DNA of 64,000 nucleotides, from the NCBI RefSeq assembly GCF_009914755.1, contig NC_060937.1; one strand, 5' to 3'. The stretch is from the human T2T-CHM13v2.0 reference genome, Homo sapiens. The notes under the pieces were generated by a model that worked only from the letters and a program-made list of their open reading frames with translations, was not told where the DNA came from and ran no database searches. A program made the translations under genes and the position numbers. Below are positions 16,771 through 33,395 of the stretch, one piece after another. Positions within the stretch are counted from its first letter, which is position 1. Each line of letters starts with the position of its first letter.

Positions 16771-16791
16771 TTCAGCACCACGGACAGAGAC
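16771..16791 (+). promoter_or_regulatory. RE1/NRSE (REST binding site)
   Basis: TTCAGCACCACGGACAGAGAC matches consensus TTCAGCACCACGGACAGCGCC at 19/21; the first 17 nt are perfect. Confidence 0.85.
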
Positions 16792-17725
16792 GCTTCTATT
16801 AAAACCTGCGCCTATTGTTGCATTTGCATCGACCAATTCTTAAGAAACTTGCGCAGGCTTCCCATTTGCCCATCAGCAAGGGTTATATTCTTTATTACAC
16901 TGAACAGGGAGAGCTTAAATATAATACAGACTATTAAATATTTCAGTAAATTTTAACTACATCATCAACGTTTTGCTATTTAATACTTCTGGAAAGCATA
17001 CTGAAAATCAAGCTAATTACATAGTGTGTCTGATAAATAGCCTATTGCTAGTCAATCACTAGACACCTAATTACAACTGTTCATTCATAGTGAGTCCCAG
17101 ATCAATAATTATACAAATGTCCAAGAGGAAACAGAAAACTTAAAAAAAGTAAATATCCTCAGGTAGGCCCCCAGACTTTCTGAACAACCAGAACTACCCC
17201 TGTAAAAACAGGTAATTCTTTTTAACTACCGAAACAACTACAACCACTTTCTCTTGCTCAACCAACTTAATGATGTCACTATGAGAGCGTTCCTGTGTGC
17301 AGATCTATATTGCAAACCACACATGCCTGTCTCGAACTCTTCTGACTTTACCTGTGAGCATCAGTGTGCAGTCTCATTGCTATTTTCCTGACAAGACTTT
17401 TTCAACTTCCTTTTCTTAAAAGATGTAACAGAGTTTGAGCCAACTGCATGAATGTAAGAAACAGTTAAAGTGCCAGCTTGATTATCTCAGATAACCGGGG
17501 ACTTCCCTGATCTTCCAAGGACTCCCAGAAGAAGGCATCAGTCAGTCCACCAGCAATCCACCAGGTATTCTCATCTCAAACAGCAAGCCAAGCTCTTAAT
17601 AACCGCAGAAAACACAAAGTAACAAAACCATAGCCAAAAAATAATAATAATAAACTTGAGAAGACACCCCAACCAAGCAGAGATAGGAAAGTGCAGGAAA
17701 GGGGGAAACCCCCGAGGGTTCCTAC

Positions 17726-18640
17726 CTTACAGTCTTCAGGACAGGATTTCACCGAGTACTCCTCCGACTGTAAATATTTGTGGAGCACGCTTTCAAACTC
17801 TTCGTATTTCTCCTGAGCATGGTGGTCATAGTCCTGGTAAGCCTCGACGCACTGCCTGCAAGTGGTCATCTCGCCGCCTTCCTTGAGCACCACATCCAGA
17901 CTGCAGTTCAAAGTGTTGGGACTGGACAACCCCGAGAACAACTCCCAAAGTGTGTAGGAATTACAAAACGAAAGGTAAAAATCCGACAAGTTCCAGAGCG
18001 GAGTGGGATGCTTGCTCCTCACCTCCTGCCCGTCCCCCCCGGCCGCCCCCCGACTCCAGTTCCTGGCGCACACCGCGTCCGCATTCTCCACCGTGAAGCA
18101 CTGGCCCGAGGACGCGCCCTGGGGGTAACAAGTCTCCAGGCGCCACACGGGCTTGGCAGAGTTTCCTAGAAAAAGAGCCTTGCCCCGGTCGTCTTTGCCT
18201 CGGTTGCCCTTGCCGCCGCCGCCGCCGCCGTCTCCCGGGGAGGGGGGCAGGGTGGGGGACGAGGAGGCGGAGAGGAGTCTGTGTGCCTGGGCGGCGGGCG
18301 AGGACTCCCCCATGCTCGCCAGGAGCGCGGGCCAGGAGGGCTCCTGCTGCCGCCGCTGCTGCTGCTGCTGCTGCCGCTGCCTCTGCTGCTGCTGCTGCTG
18401 CTGCTGCTGCCGCTGCTGCTGCTGGTGCTCCTTGTCCCGGGCCCGGGTCAGCTTGGCCTCGGCGCAGAACCACAAGTGATCAGAGAGCAGGACTGTGAAA
18501 AACAAGAGAGATGCCAGAGACAGTCGCCATTTCTGAGCCCTCTCGGAATCGATGAACGGTTTCTCGTTCTCTCGGGGTGCTGCCAACCAGATTTTTAAGC
18601 CGTCGTCATACTGCCGACACATCCAAGCACCCCTGGTCAT
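17726..18640 (-). CDS. NALF1: NALF1/FAM155A coding exon 1 (aa 1-305): N-terminal hydrophobic segment, polyQ/R tract, Gly run, start of cysteine-rich domain
   Basis: [63 protein letters not shown]...[45 protein letters not shown] recognised as FAM155A. ATG at 18640 (aaaatATGa). Ends at a phase-0 donor AAG|gtagga (intron starts 17725). The track's GTG start at 18673 and its tail past 17726 are not part of the spliced CDS. Confidence 0.95.
18212..18229 (-). repeat. Coding (GGC)6, Gly6
   Basis: (gcc)6 on plus; DGGGGGGK in the protein. Confidence 0.9.
18344..18424 (-). repeat. Interrupted coding CAG repeat (Q4 R Q9 R Q R Q6 RR Q2)
   Basis: Plus-strand CTG runs; the longest pure run is (CTG)9 at 18383-18409. 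Interruptions are CGG/AGG. Confidence 0.95.
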
Positions 18641-18711
18641 ATTTTGGGAACGCACAGCCCTGGCCGACTCCACCGTGAGGGCGCCTGTGCCGGTGTCACC
18701 ACAATATGCAT
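18637..18711 (-). CDS. Candidate uORF, 24 aa, stop overlaps main AUG
   Basis: ATG at 18711: [27 protein letters not shown], with the TGA inside atATGAcc. Weak Kozak context. Confidence 0.35.
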   Translation of the reverse strand: MHIVVTPAQAPSRWSRPGLCVPKI

Positions 18712-18729
18712 TGACTTAAAGGGTTTAAT

Positions 18730-18850
18730 TTCCTTATCCCCTCCTCCCGTTTCTTCTCTCTCCTCTCTCTCTTTCTCTCTCTTCCCCTCTCCCTCTCTCC
18801 TCTCTCTCTCTCTCCCTCTCCCTCTCTTTTATCTCTCTCTGTCTCTTTTG
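18730..18850. repeat. Polypyrimidine/polypurine (CT-rich) tract
   Basis: ~120 nt almost purely C/T on plus. Confidence 0.9.
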
Positions 18851-18943
18851 CCTACATAAATATTACCAGGCTTTGAAGGAAGGTCTGACTTGCTTCCTAA
18901 TCATCAGCCGACCCCATCCTCTGTAGAGTGGGAAACAATAATG

Positions 18944-18965
18944 GAGAGAGAGAGAGAGAGAGAGA
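18944..18965. repeat. (GA)n microsatellite
   Basis: About 11 GA units on plus. Confidence 0.9.
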
Positions 18966-19161
18966 CGGAGGAGGCTGGTGCTGGTGGCCGGCGGCGAGGC
19001 TGGGTGCAGGGGGCGATGGTGGAGGTGACAGGGTGGCTGGCGCGGCTCCGGTCACCCAGGCATTGTCAGCGCGCGGGTCCCCATGGCCCCGCGGAGCCCA
19101 GCCCGCTCTCCCCTGCCAGGGGCATGCCGCGCCTCCGCTGCCCACTGACGGCGCCCGGAGC

Positions 19162-19250
19162 GCCTCCCCTCCTCCTCCTCCTCCTCCTCTTCTTCTCCTC
19201 CTCTTCCTCCTCCTTCCTTTCCTTCTCCTTCTTCTTCTCCTCCGCCTCCC
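19162..19250. repeat. CCT/CTT low-complexity tract
   Basis: (cct)n/(ctt)n on plus. Confidence 0.85.
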
Positions 19251-19339
19251 GCTCCTGCTCCGCGCTGGCTCTCCCAGAGTCCGGAGCCTGGGCTGCCTCC
19301 GGCGGGGCGCTCCCTCCCCCCCACCCCCCACCCCGCGCT

Positions 19340-19486
19340 CTAAGTGCTGCCGCCGCCGCCGCCGCCGCCGCCGCTGCCGCAGGGCCGCCCGCGGGCGCCG
19401 CCGCCGGGGCTCCGACTGCTGACGCCGCCTCCCGCGGAGCTCCGGGCCGAATCGCCTGGGCTGGGCCTCCCGAGAGCCACAGTCAT
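19340..19486 (-). CDS. Candidate uORF, 48 aa, ending in a poly-Gly tract
   Basis: ctgaagATGact at 19486 (A at -3), open to TAG at 19342-19340: MTVALGRPSPGDSARSSAGGGVSSRSPGGGARGRPCGSGGGGGGGGST. Translation is unproven. Confidence 0.4.
   Translation of the reverse strand: MTVALGRPSPGDSARSSAGGGVSSRSPGGGARGRPCGSGGGGGGGGST
19346..19380 (-). repeat. Leader GGC/CGG repeat, pure (GCC)8 at 19349-19372
   Basis: gct(gcc)8 gct gcc gc read directly. Confidence 0.95.
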
Positions 19487-19507
19487 CTTCAGTCCGCGGG
19501 CTAAGTT

Positions 19508-19518
19508 GCCGCCATCTT
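19508..19518 (-). promoter_or_regulatory. YY1 motif
   Basis: Minus strand AAGATGGCGGC, the YY1 consensus core. Confidence 0.6.
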
Positions 19519-22500
19519 CGTCCTGGAGAAACACTTTTTTGGGGGGAGCGCTGGCTTTTGCGTCATCTCCTCCCGCGCCGAGCTCGCTCCATCCTGGCGC
19601 AGTGGCGCCGGCTCGGCCCGGGAGGAGGGAGAAGGCGCGCGGGGGCGGGCGGCGGCGGGGCCGCGGGGCCCGGGGGCCCCCGCCCGGCTCCCCGGGCTCA
19701 GGCGCCTGCTCTTTCCTTTCTGTCCCCCTGTCCACGATATTTTGTTTTAATCACTGAAGAGAAAAATAAAAGTCAGACTGCGGACGGCATGGCCGGTGAG
19801 GCTCCTCGCGGCCGCGCCGCCCGCACGCTCTGGCTCCGGGAAGCGTCCGAGTTGCAGGCGCCCGGGCAGAGGTCTCTACTGGTGCGAGGGTCTGGGCAGA
19901 GTCCTCTCAACTAAGGACCGAGCCACTTCGGATGGAAGGTGGGGGTCCGCGGAGGAAGCTCGAATTGGCTAGAGGAGGGATGAGGTGACATTTGGTCTCT
20001 GAATGCGTCTCGGATCCCGGACCGCGAGATCCATCGCTCCCAGTGCGTGCAGTTATTCCGTCCTGCTGTGTGACACGGGAGAATGGCGCGCACGCCTGTG
20101 CACCTGCATCGACCGTGTAGCTGCCTGGGTGACAGCCACCCATTTGTCTATGTTTTCTTTCCTATTCTAAAGTAAACGATTAGAAGTGGCCTCATAGAGT
20201 CTTAGGAAGAAACAGTAAGCCCTGTGCCACCCGGGGTCACTGCCTAGCCCTGCCCTCCGCGCGCACCGTCCGCGTCTCCGAGGGCTCCTCCTCGGACCTG
20301 GACCCTCTGGAGCGGCTTCGACCCTCCCTCTGCCCCCGCTGCCTGCGTCCAGACCCCCTCCCGGGTGGGCTCCTCCGAGGACCTCCGCAGCCGCGGGCGA
20401 GCTGGGTGCCTGCGAGTCGCCGCCGCAGTCTGAGCCTCTGGTGCCCCTTAGCGTTGGCTCTCGGAGTTCTGAGAAGGGAAAGGAGACAGACACTCTGGGA
20501 AAATCTGGGGTCACCTCGATTCCGGCTCCTACGCTGGATGCCGTGGGCAAGCATCGGTCTCCTTTGATCTGAAGATCCTGCCCACTCCGCCCCTTGCCCC
20601 TGCCAGACCCGCGGGAGCAGGAGGTGGCGTGGGTGCCAGACGCTGCCGGTGCGCACCGAGTGCAGCGCTGCCCCGGCTCGCCCCGGGGGTCGCGTGGGAC
20701 CGCGGTTTGCGGTGTCGCCCTCTCTGCGGTGCTTTCCAAGGACCCTCATGCCCCGCCCGGGTGCACATTCACCACATGGGTCTTACTAGGTGACCTCTTT
20801 CTAAGTAAAATGCATTGAGAAACCAAAGGGATGGGGCATCCGTATCCATTTTCCTTTAAGGAGCGCTGTGGGTGTTGGGGATGCGGGAGAAGTAGGTGTT
20901 TTTTAAAGAGAAAATTGCAAAACCTCTTGGGCAGGATTCGACCTACTAGCCTCTTCTGCTGCATAATAAGGTACTGTATACACTAAATTTTACCCCTAAA
21001 AATTTTCAGTTCTTACCAACTATAGGTAATGATCATCCAAAAGCCGCGTCCTGTTTGATGGCTGGTTTACTCAAGTGTCATGTAGTGTTTTAAAAGACGA
21101 TTTGTGTAAGTAGATCATTCTAGTACTTTCGATTTCAGTGTGTTGAATTTCTGAGTAATGTCAGTTTTTCCTCATAATACAGACAAAATTATTATTTATT
21201 AACCAGATTGTTTATTAATCAGGACTGTACTGTACATGCCACAATATTTCTTAACTAAATACGAGTGCATACATTCTCGCTGACATAACTATTATTATAC
21301 AAGTACAGTTTGTGCATTGTAAAAAAGGTGTAAAAATCAGAAGAGCAATTTAAAAAGTCATGGTGATATCAACACCCAGATATAATCAGTATTTTCATTT
21401 TACAGCATCTTCCTAACATTTTTATTTTGTATTACTAATTTCCTGTTTTGTGATATTCACTAGTCCAGCATTTTCGAAGGATTGAAGTATGATAGAATAC
21501 ACATCCACACTTATTAGATAATAATATATTTCCCTTCAATAATGCATTAATTTTAATCAGACACAAACATTTTAATGGTGGCTGAGATTATTAGCATCCA
21601 ATGTCTTACTCTGCATGTGTGATTAAATCAGAAAGAGAACGAAAACTAGGGGAAATAAAATAAACAATATAAATTTAAAGGTTCATAATTATCAAACAAG
21701 GAACCGAAGCAAAAGAAGACTCTGTGACTTATCTTATTACTATTCAGATCTAGTAAAAATCATGTCTCAGAAGGTAGTTCAGTGATACTTAGTAAAAGTC
21801 TTATATACTGCATTAAAATAATAGTGTTTAATCTATTTTTACTTTATGTAACAGACTATAGTTAATTATTTTTAAGTAAGCTGGGCCTTGCCTTCCTCTA
21901 ATGTTTCTCATGAATTAGGATATTTTTATAAAAGACAATTTTAAGGACGCAAGCCCACTGAAAGTAAACTGTTGAGAACCAATTTGACTTTTGTTTGTTG
22001 TGTGTTGGTTCTAGAATGAACTGTTGGAAGACAGATAAAAGACCAAGTCTGGCCTCTTGAAGCTTAGTCAAGGGGCAGATAATACTAACTAGGCCAACAA
22101 TTACAATACAAGGTAATCTGTGAAGATTAGCATGTTTTGAGACTTCAGAGTAGAGCAGTAAACTCCAGTTGGATTTTAAGAGGGACTAGGGATAGATAGG
22201 AATTGGGGACATTTAACGGGAGCAGAAAGAAGTCTTCTAGGGAGGAGAAAAGGACAATTCAGAAGGACAGCAAATTTCAAGGACTTGGGACCTTGAAGGA
22301 GCCCAGGGCACTGGTAGGACTACTGACAGATAAGTGGGCTGTGTTGTGTGTGACCTGTATATTGGGAGGGGGTAAGGGAAGAGGCTGGAGAGAAAGGCTG
22401 GGGCTCTGTTATGAATGATACTGTATAATACTCAAAGGAAATTGGCTTTTCTCCTGAAAGAGATGGATTCATTAAGGAAATTTAGATTGTGACTTCAATG

Positions 22501-23384
22501 TTCGTTTTCATGAACATCACTGTTCACTAAAATCAAAACGAGAAATATGTTTGGAGAAGGCGTTAACTAGATTAGTAAATGTTGATTCTTGTTAGCTTAT
22601 CAGCTAAAATATTGCATAGTGGCAAGGAAGAGCAAATAGCTTGGCTGGAATGTAGGTTTCATTTATATCAGGAAAATCAGGCTGTGGAGTCTAGAAACTC
22701 CTACGTAGGTTTTACCTAGGAGTGTGACTAATGGAATAGAGAAGTTTAATAGCACCAGCACATTTCAGAAGGCTGCTGAATAGTAGACAGTTGCAAATAC
22801 ATTATATTGAGGGATCTGCTAACAGGATGTACTCTGAACAAGAAAACATTGCAGAAACAATCTACATGTATATCATAGCTCCAGGATTACTGTTCAGGGG
22901 GTCATTTATGTTTATAACCTTCAAAAATTCAAAGCTCTTACGTTATTTGATCATGCTTATTTTCATGGGAATCAGTGCTTTTATTCCTATTTAAATGGCT
23001 AAAGTTGTTATGCATTGGGAGATGGGTTTCTTATTCTGCCTTTACGTTATAAAAACAACAAAATGATATATTTGTTGTCTTCTCAAGTATTTATCCTTAT
23101 CCCTTAAAATTAACATCTGCCAAATAATTTTACCAAAGAAAAACAGGCAAATCCAGAATATCTTCTTATCTAGTGAAGGCCATTGCTTAAATATGTCCAC
23201 TCCATAAATCAAGTAAATAACAACCCCAAGATATTTTCTTTTTTCACACTGAATGCATCCTGAAAACACGAAATTAGGTACACCCTTTGTTGTTCTCATA
23301 TACTGTTTATGTGACACATATAAGTGAAAATGGATTATGCTCTTATATACACATTAATCTCAAAAAAGACTTTTGTGCTTTTAG

Positions 23385-23746
<362 letters not shown>

Positions 23747-24052
23747 AAATGTCTACATTTTTTAAAACAAATTAAACATAAAGAGCTCATAAAGAATAGT
23801 CAAAGTTTATTTGTGGAAAAATATAAGACTGATCTATAAGCTTTTAATTCCGCTATAATTTGTGAATGTAAACCTCTCTTTAAGATAAAAGCAGATTCTA
23901 GCATCATGAGGTACCTGAGGGCTCTAGTTAGTTACCAAGATGGGAAATGTGCCTGGGGCTTTCTGTAATTGCATTTCCACCTTGATTTGATAGGGTTGAT
24001 TTGGCAAACTAGCATTTTCTCTCTATCTGTGTACTTCCACCATGCTCCAGCT

Positions 24053-24370
24053 CAGTGATTTTCTAATGTTGGTGGGCAGAGAATCAAGTAGAGACTTAGT
24101 CAACTTGGGCCCCTCTCCAGAGACCTGCCTCAGTAGAACTAGGCTGGGGTCCAAGGAAACTATTTTTAACAAGAACCCCTTAGTAACTTTTTCTAACCTA
24201 AGAACGCTTCTACCTACAGTATTGGCACTGCTGGATAGAGTGGCCGGTGTGAGTCAAATGAGGGTGCATGCTCTAAATTCTAAACCAGTATCAAGATTCA
24301 TCTGTGGAGAATATAGTGTTAAATAATGTTATTTGTGATTAAGCATTAGCGTGTATAGAATTAAGTCATG
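24053..24370. mobile_element. MER5-like relic followed by a MIR fragment
   Basis: cagtagaactaggctggggtccaagg...tttttaacaag, then catctgtggagaat...tgtgattaag. Confidence 0.45.
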
Positions 24371-25436
24371 AACACTTTTCATAGAATGCAAACAATGTAT
24401 ACCCCACATGACATTAAAAATCTATGTCATCATTGTCATCATCAAAATTACTATTTGACAAACTCTTTTAAGAACGTGTGTACATACACACCATTTGCAA
24501 GCAACAAAAGTGACAGAGGGAAAACGCTTCACTCAAGATACACAGAACGAGGCCCATATGGAGAAATGGACAGAAGTTACTGACAAATAAAATAAAAGAT
24601 TTGAACAGTAAGAAAAATCTGCCTGTGTCTACACAGAAAGTTGGCTATTATAAAGATGAAAATTCTCCCTAAATCAAGTTACATATTCCTGAAAACAAAA
24701 CGTGATTATTTTTCCTGAAAGAAACTATCCTCCAAAACAGAGGGAGCCATTTTATATTTGACTTCTTACAAAATCTCTCATAACGTGGGGGCCTCTCTCT
24801 ATTTTATTTCAAACTTCATTTTGGGAAGACACAAAGGCTCTTGAAATGAGAGCCACCAATGTTTGTTTTAGATGCTTATAAAGCTTACCTCATGGAGCTG
24901 TTAACATAGCAAAATAAATTTTTTAACAAAGGAAAATTTGGTAACTATTTCTGGGGTAAAGATTTTACAATAGCAAGTATTATCACTAGACATTACTTTA
25001 AATGTGGATTTTTTTAAATCATGGTAGAAAACAATATAAAAAGTGTTCATGTGGCAGTTGTTAAGAATACACATCTTCAGGGTTTTTTAATATAAAAAGG
25101 GGAAAGAACAGTCTCATTATTATATGCATAGTTTCTCTGATTTGGTACAAAATTTCCCAGTGATGTCATTGTGGAATGATCCAAGTGTTGCCTGTCAGCA
25201 GAGATAGGAGTGAAGTTGATGATGATGGTTAGATGGCCTCACAAGGGACTCTAGTGATAGTAAAGGTTCCAGTGGCAAACACACAAGTGAAAAGTTTGAA
25301 TATAGTTTCATAATGTTTGAGAGTGTAAAAAATGCATTTTTAAATTAATACATTACTTTCTGTACTATTTTAAATAAGTGTGTATCTAAATAAACACATA
25401 AAATGTTATGAGTAAACATTAGGCTATTTAATTTCA

Positions 25437-25826
<390 letters not shown>

Positions 25827-26912
25827 TTAGACCTATTATATTTGGGCTTGCCTTATATGTGTGCATAAATATGATTTGTTCAGTACAACTTCAATTAAAA
25901 GATTTTTTATAGAACCTGACAAATTATAAAGTTTATCTGAAATTATAAATGGAAACTAGAATGGAGCCTCCGTAACCACGGTCCTACAGCAGCTTGCAGC
26001 TGTCGTGGGAAACATCAGGCTCCCTCTTCAGACAGCCTTCCTGGTGCTCTGGCACTAATTTCAGTATGCTCACAGGGAAAGCAGAGTGGACAGGGTAGAT
26101 AAATGGTGACTCCCTCATTCCATTAATATTTGATGCAGGATCCAGCCTCTGCCCTCCAGCTCTAAGAGAATCTCCAGCCAGAGCATGGATGAGGCCAGCA
26201 GGCAGATCTCAGAGACATTTCCTGGACGTTACTATATAGTTGGCACTGGTTCCCACAATACAGCACAGAGAATAGCTTTGTGACACTAGCTACGAATTTG
26301 ATCATAATTTGAGATCAGATGCATCCATAAAAGAGTGGACTCTGATATATTTCTCTCCCTACTTCTCAGACTTCAAAACCCACAGGGATGGTAACAGCAG
26401 AGGTCAGAAGAAAATTAATTGCCAACAGAGAGGAGGGAAAACACACCTAAGATATCTACATCCAAGAGGACAGGCCACCCATTTGGGGAGCATTTCAATG
26501 CAGGTAGATTTTAAAGTGAATAAATAAAAGTAATGAGGTGATAACCCTACCAGGTGCTAAAACATATGTTAATGATATAATAATTAAATAAATGTTTAAG
26601 TAGGTAAATAGCAGTAAAAACTAGAAATGACAGAAAAAAGGCCTAGTACATGTAAGAATTTAGTATATGATAAAGGATAAACAAAAGTATTACATAATAT
26701 ATGTTTCTGGGACAATAGTTTACACAGTGCGATATACGTTCACTTAGATATTTACTTTCTGAATAGTTTCTAGACATGTTAAATAATTAAATATTAAAAT
26801 AATCAACTGGAAAAATAGATAAGACTTTTTTAAATGGAAAAAGCACATAATAAATTTATAAAATTAAAATTTATAAATCCATACATCTTTTGTTTGTTAA
26901 AAATTTATACTC

Positions 26913-33395
<6,483 letters not shown>

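Larger units (their letters stand above)
18641..19560 (-). other. NALF1: Probable NALF1 5' UTR (~0.9 kb; 5' boundary approximate)
   Basis: GC-rich leader contiguous with the CDS. The YY1 motif at 19508-19518 is typical just downstream of a TSS, and GC boxes lie further upstream. The TSS cannot be read directly from sequence. Confidence 0.6.
17800..20780. promoter_or_regulatory. CpG island / NALF1 promoter
   Basis: Abrupt switch from AT-rich to very GC- and CpG-rich sequence, with GGGCGG boxes (e.g. ~19643-19653), spanning exon 1 and its upstream region. Confidence 0.9.

Noticed and set aside
16537-16956. 139-aa plus-strand ORF over the RE1 site
   Set aside because: GTG start, no homology recognised, antisense within the intron; likely chance.
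17576-18673. 365-aa ORF as the true protein
   Set aside because: It starts at a GTG 11 codons before the real ATG and runs through the splice donor. The spliced exon is 18640-17726; the read-through is treated separately as a hypothesis.
19344-20818. Long overlapping Pro/Arg/Gly-rich ORFs in the CpG island
   Set aside because: Expected from stop-codon scarcity in GC-rich DNA; mostly non-ATG starts and no recognisable domain.
26055-26100. Possible second RE1 (ttcagtatg...tggacagg)
   Set aside because: The half-sites are poor and wrongly spaced.
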